DNA from: Lama glama
Taxonomy: Eukaryota
Assembly: GCA_028534125.1 (NCBI GenBank)
Contig: CM052817.1
Span: 109,184,001 to 109,248,000 of the forward strand
Direction: 5' to 3'
Length of the DNA stretch: 64,000 bases
Both the position numbers and the translations under genes were made by a program. Below, one piece after another: positions 48,465-61,439 of this stretch. Numbering within the stretch: the stretch's first letter is position 1; the number at the start of each line of letters is the position of its first letter. Below the pieces are notes generated by a model, which made no database searches, had not been told where the DNA came from, and was given only the letters and a program-made list of their open reading frames with translations.

Positions 48465-51400
48465 GCCTTACTTCCCACTTGCCTCTGGGAAGTCTGTGCC
48501 CCACCACTGCCCTCATGTCTGCCCCCTTTCACTGTGACAAAGTCGTTTGCTGGTGTCACTTCTCATTTGTGTCTCAAACCCCAACCTCTGGAGCCGGGTC
48601 CTCACACTCAGTCTCAGAAGGAAGGCTTGACTCAAGTCTCCTATGTTGTGACACTTGGTGCCTTTGGGTGTGACTCTGCGGTCTGTGGTGGGTGTCTGCA
48701 CAACCATCTCCTTAATTTCTTTTATTTTGACTCTGCCTTCTCCAGCCTTTTCTGAATGTGAACTCCTGCTGGTACTTTCTGCAGACCTAAGGCTTTTCTC
48801 CCAAGTCTGTCACCCACGGTTCCAGGGATGAGTGTCTGTGTCCCCTCACTTCCTACTCTCACACGGGCTCCACTAACCCTTGGGTCCTGCTTTAAACTCC
48901 AGTCACACAATCGGGTCACAGTCCGCCCAGTTACTTTGTCTGACAACGCAGATGGATTTCAGCAGGAAGCCTGTGGTGGATGTATTCTGTTTATGCTGTT
49001 CCTTTCAAGCTCCTAAATAATCCACCTGTACTCACTCGAAGCACCTACTAGGTATGAGGCACCCCTTTCGATGATACAGTGATAAGCAAAGCACGCATCA
49101 CACACGTGAGATCAAAGTGTGGGCTGTCCGTCTATCTGTCCGCTACCAGTATGGGTTCTACACTAACCGACCCCAGAGGCAGCACAATTTGTCTATACTT
49201 CTGTTTTTCATAAATGTGTATTTTGGTTGCTTTATGTTCTGAATAGTATGAAGTTTACAGGTGACCTCTTCCATTTAGAACTTCATACTTGAATACTCCA
49301 GATCTCTGTGAATTAATAAAAAATGTATTTTACCTCTGCTCTTGTCTCTGTGTGCAGCCTATGAATCAAAGAGAATCAGCATTCCTTAATCCGAGTGGAG
49401 TATTTTAGATAGGAGAGAACAGAGTTAATCAAGCAAAACATTTTTCTACAGGAGTGGTTATAAATCTTTATTTTACAGATGCAAGATTGAGTTTGATAAA
49501 GACAGCACAGAGAGAAATTAATGGAAGAAGACATAGTATATAAAAAGAAATCAGTTTTCTAAGTGGAATAGCTGAAATTTTCTCAGAAACTGTAAAGTAA
49601 CCTGTGACTCTAACTTTTATAGAAGCAAGACCCGGAAAATTCTATACCAGAAGAATCCTGATAACCAAGCATCATGAGAATTTGTTAATCTGTTTTTAGA
49701 GAGGATGCCACCACTGGCATATAACTTCTGATTACCAAGTGAAATAATCCTAAAGGAAACAGCATTCTACCCACTGAATTTAAATTAATCTAAAATGTGA
49801 ATTTTCTTCCCAGAGATTAGAAAGTGTTACGTCAGAATTGTGAAGCAATTGCTGGATAAACCAAATGGTGTGACTGGGTCAGTGTGCAACTAACATTTAC
49901 CGCACTTTGCAGCCAGAAAGGGTTATAATTGCTGACACCTTTAGGGCACTTTCTGAAGTCCGTTCCGGGTGCCTGCTCACTTGGAACCTGCCTCTTCTCC
50001 GCAGGTCAGTGAACGCTTCGGGGCTCAGCTGTCCTTTTGCTGTTTGGACACGGTGGCCATCTGGTCCTTGAGCTGAGCTATTCAGATGGAATCTCTCAGG
50101 AACTGGACCAGGAGGCATGGAGCTTAGCATCAGTCCAGCGGTCTGAGGGAAGAGGAAGTCAGGAATAAGGGAAGTCATTTGGGGCTTGTGTGGTGAAGGA
50201 GCACAGAGGATGGTCTGCAGGGAAAAGCAGGTGGGCAGGGAGGAGGGGAGAGGGGAGGGGCTTATGCTCCTTGTGGACCATCTCCAGGCCCTGCCCTTGA
50301 GGTCTGGGAGATTCAGCCAGCCCCACCCACTGCCCACTGACTCTTTACAGAATAAGCATGTGTGAGATTCCCTTTCTTGCGAATATCCCCAGGTTAGTTT
50401 TTGATAACTGAAACAGTAATGTCACCCCCAGAGCAGCCGGAGGGCGCCTGGGAGACCAGGAGATTAGTCAGTACTCAAAAAAAAAAAAAAAAAAAAGGCA
50501 TTTTAGCTGCTGCCAAGGTGAATCTTCCCAAATCCTGATTATGTTTATTGAAGCAAAACTCCTGCCAATGAAAAGGAGATGTGTTTCTGGCGAAGGCAGC
50601 ACCCTGCTCTGTCCTCTGGACGATGGTGACGCTGACACTGACCGGCTGGATGGCCTGGCCCCGGGGGTTCCTTTTGTTGCTACCAGTGGGTAGTAAGCTC
50701 TGCAGGGTGGGCCTCCTGCACCACCGAGCCTGCTAACGGCTCCAGCACCGACGGAGCTGCTTGGCGCCTTTTCTGTTGAAAGGTGGCCCGTGGGGAGAGG
50801 GAGGTGCTTGGGAAGCACTGGGTTTGCTGACATGAACCAGACGTGCACGGTCCCTTCCAGAGTTTACACACTGACCGGTGACCCCCTGGCCGAGGACTGT
50901 GGGAACGCTGCGTGTTCTCACAGATACGAGCAGCCCACGTGTGAACTGTCCTATTTTCGTCAATATTCTGGGGACAGTAATAAATGCCGGATCGCCCACT
51001 CTCTGTGGGTGGAACCACAGGGGATTGCGCGAACAGACTGCAGGGGCTTCCTGGGTGTGACAGCTTCCATTATCCCACCCTTACTTTATTTGGGGGAAAA
51101 ATGGACTGTTACCAAGACATGAAATTTGAGACCCTGTGTGTTTCTATTCAGCAAGCATTTCAGGACCCCTTTGGGGAATGGGGTGACTTTCTTTCTCCAG
51201 GGGCAACTAAGATGAATCAGGCACAGCCTCTGGCCTCATGGGGCTTATAATCTGTTGGAAGTGAGAGAAAGACAGGTGTGTTTACTTGTCAGCCCTGAGT
51301 GCCACGCTGCACTCGTCACGAGGCTGGGCAGTGGGGGTACGAGGGCAGCTGGGGTCATGTGCCCCTTGCTCTTAGGACTGGATCTGCTTCCTAGGGCAGC

Positions 51401-51494
51401 CAAGCACTGCACATGGGGGCTGGAGAAGGTGTTGGAAGGGGCACATTCTTTCCAAAACACGTGGTGGAGGGTCCTTTTATCCAAAACAGGGTAT

Positions 51495-51975
51495 GGTGGC
51501 CCCAGGCATGCCTGACTCACAGCAGCACCACTCCACCTTCTGCCTCCATCTCCAGTGGGCACCTTCCTCCCGTGTCAGTGTGTTCACACCATCTTCTTAC
51601 ACAGACACCGGCCACTTTGAATTAAGGGTCCACCTGACTCCAGTACGACCTCTCCTCAGCTGATCACATCGACAGGGAACTGTATAGCACAGGGACCTAT
51701 ATTCAAATCTTGTAGTCATCAATAATGAAAAGGAATCTGAAAAGGAATGTATGTATGTACACATATAACTGAAACCTAATACTGTACACCAGAAATTGAT
51801 GCAACACTGTAAGCTGACTAGACTTCAATACTTTTTTTCAAAAAAGGAAAAGGAAACAAATATACTAGCAATTACATTGACTGTGACCCTGTTTCCAACT
51901 AAGGTCGTATTCTGAGGTCCTGGGGACTAGGACCTTGACATCTCTTTTTGGAGGACACAGTTTGACCCATGACAT
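51495..51975 (-). mobile_element. MLT1B/C-type MaLR LTR interrupted by an L1 fragment
   Basis: tctgcctccatct...ttcttacacagacacc...gaattaagggtccacc...[L1]...gaccctgtttccaactaaggtcgtattctgagg...ggacacagtttgacccatgaca. Confidence 0.85.
51671..51865 (+). mobile_element. Camelid L1 3' end nested in MLT1
   Basis: actgtatagcacagggacctatattcaa...tgtacaccagaaattgatgcaacactgtaagctgact, then an A-rich tail. Imperfect TSD agctgatcacat / agcaattacat. Confidence 0.85.
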
Positions 51976-53413
51976 GAAGCACTTAGGAAAAAGGATACTT
52001 ATCAAAGTGGAGTAATTCACACACCTGCAGCAAATCACGAGACATGGAGGTAAAGGAAGAGCTGGTAAAGAATTTGTGTGTGACTTGAGCCTGAGGAGGA
52101 CAAAGGAGATGGAGAGGTTTATAATCCCAGTTCTCTGCTTCGTTGCTGGGGTCCTCGTCGAAGCAGTCTTGTTCTGAGCTCGCTGCTCTCCCCTCCCGCA
52201 CCAGACACTGCTGTGCCTGGAATGCAGTTTCTGTGACTTCTCTCCTGTGAGTCCACTGTCACAGGACCTGGGCCTCGGAGACAATTATCCAGATCTCCCA
52301 AATCACAGAGCTCCTCTGTCACCAGGATTTCCCAGCTGGCTACTTCAGCAGGGACAAAGCTGAAGTCCAGCGGGTAAGTGTGCTCTGATCGCAGCTTAAA
52401 GTCCAGAAATGCCATTGGCCTCAGACTTGGTTCTGAGTCCTGCGTCCTCCTGTGACAGTCACTTGAAAGCCTTCCTGTGACAGGGTCTGCATGCTGTTTC
52501 TTCAGCTTCTGCCATCTGTGAGGGTGACAACGCCCGGTCCTTCCTTCTGCCACTGAGCCCTGGTTACAGCACAGAGATGGGTGGAAGGAGCCAAGAGCAT
52601 CTGGCAGGAGAGGAGACACAGGTCGTGGGGATGTGGGTGGAGAGTGGTGGGCAGCCCCCGGACCCTGGGCGCAGACGGGCCACACCGAGGCAGTTCCATA
52701 GAGAATTATCAAAATAATCCATCCATCTAAATGTTAGGGTTGCTTAGGAAGTTTCAGTTTCCAAGAAATAGGAACCAAATATGGAACCAACAGTACCAAG
52801 CTATTTGCAGAGTCCATCAGCGCAGGTTTATCTTTTCCATTTTTAAAAGAATGCATGTCCTCTGTTCAAATTTCCTAACAGTGTTACTTACAGTTTTTTA
52901 GAACAAGGAGCTAGTTATTTTGTCTGTCTTTTGAAGTTATTATATCAGCCAAGATTCAATCAGAGAAACAAAGTTACTGGGAGCGATTGTGTAGGATAAA
53001 GATGTATCATGGGGATAATTGCCAGAATTGTTGATTGCAGAAGATTGCTGGGGTTTTTTTTCTTTTGAGCTAGATTATTTTGAAAATGTAGCATATTGTT
53101 GCTTTTCTGGCAGCTTTATCTAGACGTTGTTTTCAGGGAAATGAGTGCACATAAACACCAACAATGGGCCATTCAACCCAAACCCTACCCCAGAACAGGT
53201 CTTTCCAGTGGTGTTCCTCCATGAGCAAATACAGTGCCCTGAAAGACAAGGCTTGCCTGGGTGACACATGCAAACAGAGAGATTTCAATAGCACCGAAAG
53301 GGTTCAGAGTCACTGTGACATTGTTCTGCAGAAAGAATAGTCTTGGCAAAGGCAGCTCCGTGCGGTGTAGCTGAGTGGTTTGTGGCTATCCCCCTCAGTT
53401 TCTGTTTTTAAAA

Positions 53414-53434
53414 GACACACACACACACACACAC
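53414..53434. repeat. (AC)n microsatellite
   Basis: About 10 AC units read directly. Confidence 0.9.
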
Positions 53435-54094
53435 TTCTTACCCTATTAAATTCTCCAAAAAATTCTTAACTCCTGTTTCTGAAAATAGTACAATTCTGCT
53501 GCCCCACAGGAGCATCTATCAAGTTTATTTCCATAAATAAAGGAAAGCTTTTAATGGAATTAGTTCTTTTTGACTCAGCTTGCTTAATTTTTCATTTCCT
53601 TCTCTAATTTTGAAACACTGAGTGGCTGGACAGAATGACAGAAGGACTGTGGTCAGCTGTTTTCTGTGGCGACTTTCCAGATTAAAGACTACATATGGAA
53701 GTTTGTGTAATAAAGCACATCGTCTAGAATTGTTACATTTCTTACTAAGAACAGCATTTACTCAGCTGCTTCCATATTCTTTTACTGCTAATGAAAATAC
53801 ACTGGCTGTGATCAGAAAACATTTTCCCACCCCTAAAAATTGACCGAATGTCCTAAAGTTTCCCTGTATTTGCTTTTCAAAAAGTCTGCCTGGAGAAAAT
53901 AAATGTCCAGAACTACCAGAGATAGAATAAAAACATCTTTGGAGAGTAGATTAGGGAAGATCACTGCAGGTAGGAGGAGAAGCTGGGAGGTCTGCGTGAC
54001 TCATGGAGCCAAGAATAAATAAATCCATCTCAGATACAGGTAGGATACTAAGAAGAATTCAGGAAATAGGATATTCTTTACAGAATCCCCAAAC

Positions 54095-54290
54095 AGTAGC
54101 TGACACTTATTGAGAGGTTCCTCCACACCAAATCCTGTGCATGAATTATTTGATTTAATGTCCCTCCAGTTTTGTAACATGGACACCTTTACTGCACTTA
54201 CTTCATAGTAATTAAATTACAGAATAGTCATTTGTTTAAATGACCACAGCTACCCCAGATCCAGAGGCAGATCCAAAGGGCTATAACACC
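54095..54290 (-). mobile_element. MIR fragment
   Basis: agtagctgacacttattgag...aatcctgtgc...ttatttgatttaat. Confidence 0.55.
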
Positions 54291-55029
54291 GATGAAAATG
54301 TTGCATCATTGGCTGTGTAGGGAAGATTACCAGTTCGCATAGAGGTTAGTAGTTTTTTTTTTTCCCCTGGAGGAACACAGAGGCAATACAATGAAATTAA
54401 ATTGTCAGTCCTTTGATTTCTCTCTAAACATACATTGCGCCTGTGATAAGGTAAATGCTGAGTAACAAATCTGGCGGTGACACCTTTTCCTCTCTGCTCG
54501 CGCCTTCCTGCCCTGCAGCCCAGGTGAAGACAGCGGGGCCCTCTGTTGTGCTGGTCCGAGCACAGGTGTCAGGTCTTTGCAAGGCCCTCCTCTTTCATCT
54601 CCCCTTCGCCCCTGCCATCAGCCCCAGTCTATGGCCAACATGCTAATGGACGTCCTAGGACACAGACACATCCTGAAGAGAAATGTGGGGTGTTTTCCAG
54701 AAGGATTTGTTATTGGGTCGGTCCCGTTTCTTTTTCCCTAAGTAAGGCTGATTGAGCTCCAGAATGTGCTCTCCATTTGCACCCCCACCCCAGGGACACG
54801 AGGATGCTGGTGTTCTTCCGTCCTCACCAAATCCCACCATTATAACTTCTGCCTGGATCTCCTTTGGTGAGTCAGCAGGACTCCTTTCATTGCTCAGCTT
54901 CCTGGAGTTAGCACCCCCTACTCCGTACAACAGGGAGCCATACAGTGTCCCCTCTGAAACCGTCTATGCAGCGAACTTGCTCATGTTTCTACTGGGCATC
55001 CTCTTTTTCCCAACTGTAATGTCATAAAT

Positions 55030-55550
55030 ATATTCTCTTTTTTTTTCTTCTAGTATGCTTTCATTTTAGCAGCCAGATTTAGGACTTTGATTCATTTAGA
55101 GATTAGTTTTGTTTCTATTGCCTGCAATTTTATTTTTCTCCATATAATCAAGCCTCATAAAATTCTCTGCAAAATACTTTTCTGTTGTTGTTATTGACAA
55201 TAGGGCTTGATTTCATGAAACTTTCCAAACAAACTGGACTCTGGTGTTTATATTGCATTCCATTGGTCTGTTTGTTCCCATGCCAAAACTACACTATTTA
55301 ATTTTAATTTTATTTTATTTTATCTTATTTTATTATAATGGCATTGTGAAATGTCTTCATACATCCTTGGCTGAGTCTCCCTCTTTGCTCTTCTTATTCA
55401 TAGTCTGTATTATTCATGGATTCTTTTTATCCATATGATTTCTTAATCAGTCTGTTCAACTCTTTAAAGAATTATGCTGAAATATTACCAGGAAATACAC
55501 TGAATTTATAACCTGGTTTGAGAAGAATGACAATGAATACTCATGTTTCA
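55030..55550 (-). mobile_element. Old L1M ORF2 fragment
   Basis: ttcttctagt...ttgcattccattggtctgtttgttcccatgccaaaactacact...acactgaatttataacctggtttgagaagaatgaca. Confidence 0.75.
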
Positions 55551-57409
55551 ATAGAGTAACTGTTTTAAAGGTTTCATTTATAATTTCTAAATTTGAATGA
55601 AAGGGACTAAATTCAAATTTGAAATGTGTTTTGGATTCCTTGAAGGATGCAGTTCTTAGAAATTTGCTCCATTCTTTTTTAATAAGTTTAAAATGAAATA
55701 CTCATGAAAATCCAAATGGGCAAAATATGTTTATTTTCTTTTCTACCACATTCCAAATTCATACAGATGATAGGATCACTATGCAGGGGCTGCAGGGCTC
55801 ATCTGTGATCTGTCACCCACCAGAAGCTGCTCCCATCTCAGTGCAGGTCTGAAAGCACGTCCACATTTGTGAACTTTCTCATCCTCTGCCCCACTGCTTT
55901 TACCTGAAGCTGGTACTCCTCCTTTTCTTGGTTCATGAGATTCGCACAGAGTGTTTGCTAAAATTACATATTCTTGGTACCTGCTTTCATATATTCTGAT
56001 CCTTTGCATCTTGGACAGTATTCAGGAATCAGCATTAAAAACAAACAGAACCCAAGAAAGGTCTAATGCGGATGGTTGGGGCACCACATTTGAGAAACAT
56101 AATGTCCTCACTCATTCTGAGCTTCACCCTAATACTGATGTATCTACCTTTCTTGGACTCCTAGTCAGTTTGCATCACAGGGTGTAAGGGGTCAGCTGCT
56201 GGAACAGAAATACCCTGACTCATGGGAGCACGAGTGGTTATTTGACTGCAATCCCAAATCTTAAAATTTGAATATAAATTCGCTTAGGCACTTTCCTTGA
56301 CTTGGGCTTAAAAATAATAACTGACTAGATAATCTAACAATCAGAAATTCCAAAGCATATTGTTCACAATGCAATACATTATTTAAAGCAAAGGAAGATC
56401 TACCAGACCAGGAAATAAAGAACATTCTGAATCTAGGTGCCCTATCAGGTGGTTGGCTGTGTGGTACATCGTATAAATGACCAAAGACAGGAGTGACATG
56501 GGGCCGCCCTGCTGAGCTGTCTTGTGTGTGGTGGGGAGGATGGCAGAGCCCATGTGAAGGCATCTTCTCCCCTTTGCAAGAGAAGTTAATATTCTCATAT
56601 GAGCCAGCTAAAAAGAGTGAAATTGTCTGTTTTTCTAGTTCTTCATAAAACTTTTAATTTTTTACCAACTCTTTTGGTTGCCATGGAAATTTATTTCTGT
56701 AATAAACTGCACCGGCCTTTCGAAGAGCAGCCGTTTCCTCTCCAGCACAGCATTGTATTAATAGCTCTGTTTTCACTGGATAGAACTTTCATTTTTTTCT
56801 TTTGAGAAAAACCAATCTGTGCTAGTTGTGGAAACAATTATTCAACATGCAGCTTTTAAAAAATCTATTAGAACAATCTCCTGGGAAAGTCGAAAGCCAG
56901 GCAGGATTAGCTTTCCAAGCGGGAAGACACTTGTACACACTCAATGTCGTGCAATCCAGCAAATCTGTGTGGTTTATTTTTAGCATAAATTCAGCTATTT
57001 CATTTTACCCTACAGCTGAGTGAGAAAATTAAATGATTAAAGTGGTCTTAAATCTCTGCACACGCTCAAGTTAGAAAGACAGGAATTAGGCTACATACAT
57101 AATGGAACAGCAACAGGCTGTGAAATTCTCATTTCACCTCATTTTTCTTAGAGTACTTTTCCAAACAATTCTTTTCTCTAATATTTTATGTGATCTAATA
57201 GTGAAAAATAGAGTAGACAATTTCAGAGAAGGTTAAAATCAACACTGCCTTTGGAGAAATCAATCTGAAGTCTTTATTGTCTCTCTAAATTCTTTATTAT
57301 AAAATAAACTTACAAATGTAACAATGATCATTGTTATATTAATGAACACCTGCTTAAGTTGCAAGATCATTGAAATACAAAGGGCAAAGTAATAAAAGAG
57401 ACTATTTGA

Positions 57410-57624
57410 TTGTAGATACTGACAGGTATATATAGAATAGATAAACAAGATTATAATGTACAGCACAGGGAAATACATACAAGATCTTGTGGTAGCTCAC
57501 GGTGAAAAAGGATGTGACAATGAATATGTGTATGTCCATGTATAACTGAAAAATTGTGCTCTACACTGGAAATTTACACAACATTGTAAACTGACTATAA
57601 TTCAACAAAATAAAATTTTTTTAA
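57410..57624 (+). mobile_element. Young camelid L1 3' end with perfect 16-bp TSD
   Basis: tagataaacaagattataatgtacagcacagggaaa...acaacattgtaaactgactataattcaa. TSD aaaagagactatttga at 57394-57409 and 57625-57640. Confidence 0.93.
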
Positions 57625-57954
57625 AAAAGAGACTATTTGAAAAATATTCTGACTATTTCTCCATAGGTAACTGACTTTTAGAAGACCAGTTAACCTCTGG
57701 GGACACGGTTTCCTTAACCATAAAGTGATTGATTTAATGTTACATATGTGTTCATTGAAAAAAGAAGTAGAAGGAATATTCAAACATATTCTTTAAACAA
57801 GAAAACACAATCTGCTAGTGGAAGGAAATAATTGTTCTGTTAATAGACAGCATGATTTCTAGGTTTTTGAACCTGGATCAGAAACACCAATAGTGTATTC
57901 AGGACATAGGCTTAAATAACTAAAATGTTAAGTAAATCAGTTAGCTTCTATGAG

Positions 57955-58230
57955 CTCCAGTTTGGGATTAACAGACACACACTACTATATATAAAGATAG
58001 ATAAACAACAATGACCTAATGTATAGCACAGGGAACTATATTCAATTTCCTTTAATGAGCTGTAATGGAGAAGAAACTGAAAAAAAAAAGTATGTATATG
58101 TATAACTGAATTGCTTTGTTGTACACGTGAAACTAACATTGTAAATCAACTACACTTCAATCAAAAATAAGAATTTTAAAAATACTCAGGAGAGACCCAA
58201 TTAAAATCAATTAATTAAAAAAAAAAAAGA
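57955..58230 (+). mobile_element. Cetartiodactyl/camelid L1 3' end
   Basis: gtttgggattaacagacacacactact...gtatagcacagggaactatattcaa...aactaacattgtaaatcaactacacttcaa, then an extended A-rich tail. Confidence 0.9.
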
Positions 58231-61200
58231 AAAGAGTTGTATTAAACCAAGTGTTCTTTACTGGGGTTGTAATTTGTGGCCTCAGAGGACACCAGAAACC
58301 CTGCCACAGTACGAAGACTTTGGGATGCATGTGCGTTTGCTAGGAAGAGGGTCTGCAGCTTTTTCCCCAAGAACTTCAAGGGGACGGGCTCCTAGAACAC
58401 CAGACAATACCAACATCCTGTTGCTCTAGCATCTTTATGAGCTGTCTGACTTCCAACCCCTTCTCGTTGACCTTCCAGTCCCAGTGATAACATATCATAA
58501 AATGTAAATTGCCCATCAGAAATATTTCCTTATAAATAACACAGATAGAATAATTATCCTTTTATAACAAGGATATTCTGCGAATCAGTTGTCATGAAGT
58601 TCCTGAAACACTTTGTCTAAAAAGACAGCCCCAATTGATTACAAATTCCACTAACATGGAGACAGTGTCCACAAAAAGGAAACAAGTTGTTTCTTATGCA
58701 GCAGGGTTTGTCTTGAGGAACAGATGGAAGGTAACCTAGAGCAGGTGGGCTGTGTACACATGTGTTATGTAAGAAGAGGCAGAAATTTTGCCTAATGAGT
58801 AAGTCATCTTCAGTTAAAGTGTGGGAGGACATTTTTCCATTGAAACAAAGGCATAGTGATGAAATACTAAAGCTGTCAAAATAAAAATTGCTTTAGCAAC
58901 TCTGTTGAGTATTGTCTTGGTGTCTAAAGAAGTGAGGAGTGAAGAAATGAGGCAGATAGAAAACCAGGGGACCCCAAGCTGGGTACTGACAGAATGGGGT
59001 AGTGTGTTGGCATCTGGTGGAAGTTTCTGGCTTGATTAATTCTATTCATTCAAATTTCTCTTCTCCTTGTGAAATGTCTCATGTGACAAGACAGAGACCA
59101 TCGACATATAATACATTCAACTGCTGATTTTTAATTCCCAGGGGATGAAGATGTTTGTTAGAACACCCTGGGGCTAATCGCTTGTGAGTTTCTACAGTTC
59201 TTCAGACTCCTGATGGAAAACGTCAGTTTTATATGGGATTTTTTTCCTGGCCTTTCAACAGTTTTGACTTTGGGACTGTGTGAACAATAAGGTTGACAGG
59301 GTGTAGGGGAAAGAGAAGGAAGGGGAGGGATTCCCTCTGGTTGGTTCCAAATGATCTGAGTTATTAATGAAGTAGAGATGTGTTGGTGTGAGTGGATCAC
59401 ATCAAACCAGACAAGACATAGTCTACTGATGATCGGTGTGCATGCTTGGACCTTGCTATGAGTGCATGTATCTTCCAGAAGAGAGAGACTGGAAGGGTTC
59501 CTAGGGTGATGTTGGAAGAAGACGTTGATTCCGGCAGGTGCAGATGCCAGCGTACATCAATTGAGAGCTTTTAGAAGTGTGTTCATTCTCTTTCTCCCCA
59601 TGCTGCATGTTGGAATTCAAAGATAATAAAACAAAATCACTGCCCCAAAGAGCTAGTGTTTTGTGGCAAAGAAAGGTGGGGAAAAGGATGGAAACAAAAT
59701 ACAAGACAAAAGAATGTTCAGAATGTGACGAATGAGATTTGAAATACTTCACCAACTAGACTGATTAGAATATTATGTTCTCAAGGCGGAGAGAAGATTA
59801 ATAGCAAAATTGCCAGAGGCAAGATTTCAGGGGGTCTCCCCTCCCTCACTATGAGGTGACTGTGGGGAGCAGTTTTACTTTGATGTCAGGGGCTGCCCTA
59901 GGGTTCAAGACCCCTGACAGAACTTTGCTCTTCCAGGGACTTAAGGAGACCAAGAAAGAAAATCGAGTCTTGTGCTTATAGGGTGAAAAGTTCAAATGAA
60001 CTCGCAAGGAAGTAAAATTAAGGAATTGACAATCAGGTGGCAGGAGAGAAAGCCTAGAAGAGATTCTTTAACATGTGTAAGCCTTCCACGCAGAGTGAGT
60101 GACTGGAGGCTGAGTGCCAGTGTTCATCTCTTGTATGAAGTGTACCCTGAGACTCGTGTGAGCCCCGTGAGGAGGGACACCATCAGAGAAGAGAGGGGGA
60201 CTCCCAACACCTGGGCCCCAACCCCACAAGCGACGGAGGTCACCTTGACGCTCTAGCCTCAACAAATGACCCAGCAAAGGAACACGGGGAGAGTGGTACA
60301 GAGGTCTGCCTTCTCAAAGGGAAGCTCCTCAGAAGCTACGCTGAAGAAACTCACAGAGCACATTCCTTAGGGAACTTCTTCGGGACGCCGATCAGAGACA
60401 CCTGAGGCTCAAGGCGGGAGGACTCCAAACTGTAGGAAGCAGACGCACTACACGGTAATTTGTTTTCTGCACAAGAGAGCAGGTGTGAAACGTATCACAA
60501 ATTTCCCTCAGAAGGAGTTGAAGTGTTGTGCTTCTCCCTTCATCCTTCAGCAACTCTTGGAAGCCCTTCTCCTTTCAGAGGTAGCAGTCCTGGTTTATCC
60601 CAGAATTCTCAGTGGGAAATAACTGACATGAGTAGGCAGGTGAGGAAAGACAGCAGAGGCTCCCTGCTCACTGCTCTCTGACATTAGTGACCTTGTGGGA
60701 GCTTCTTGTTCTTGCTTATGTAGGCTTATCCCTCACCTCTCCGTCCCCTGCCTTTATCTCCTTATGATCTTATCCCCGTTATAAATTTATCCTGTTCATA
60801 CTTAACCACACAGCCAGATGGTCAGCATGTGACAAGAATTTATTCCATGTGATCTAAAAGGCAGAATTAGAATCATTCTGTAGAGGTTTCCAGGAAACAG
60901 TTGGAGATGAATATACAGGAGGCGTCTCTGGGAAGTCTTAGAGTTCAGTGACGTTGTGATGGCTTGGCTGCTGAGATGGTGACCTTCGTATCACCAGGGC
61001 TGTTTTGCAAAGAAGCTGGAGGGCCACTTAGCAGGAAGTGACAGAGACATTTGTTGCACTGAGTAGGAAGGTCATTAGGGGACACCTGAGGCTTTGTCTC
61101 ACCCCGTGTCCTGGCTGAGGAGCTAGAGGGCAGGGCTCAGAGTGGGGTGAAGGGCAAGATGCGAGTTGTCGGAGCTGTGGCCCCAGCCTGACTGCTCGCA

Positions 61201-61439
61201 GCAACCAAGTCAACAGACCCACGCAGTGTTTATAAACAAAGTCATTTAGAATAAGAAAACTGTCCAGATGGTGAAGCTGAGGAACTTAATTTACAAAGCC
61301 AAGAAAGAGTGAAAAAAATCAAGACAAGCCCAAATACAGGAAGAAGCAGAAGGAAAAAAAAAAAAAAGCTAGGTTGTCTTTTTCAGAATTCTAAGAAAGG
61401 AGCAAGCCACACAAAAAACTTTTCAAAGCGAGTATCAAG

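Noticed and set aside
52119..52712. 197-aa ORF on the - strand
   Set aside because: GC-rich sequence with overlapping ORFs in several frames, a non-ATG start and no recognisable homology.
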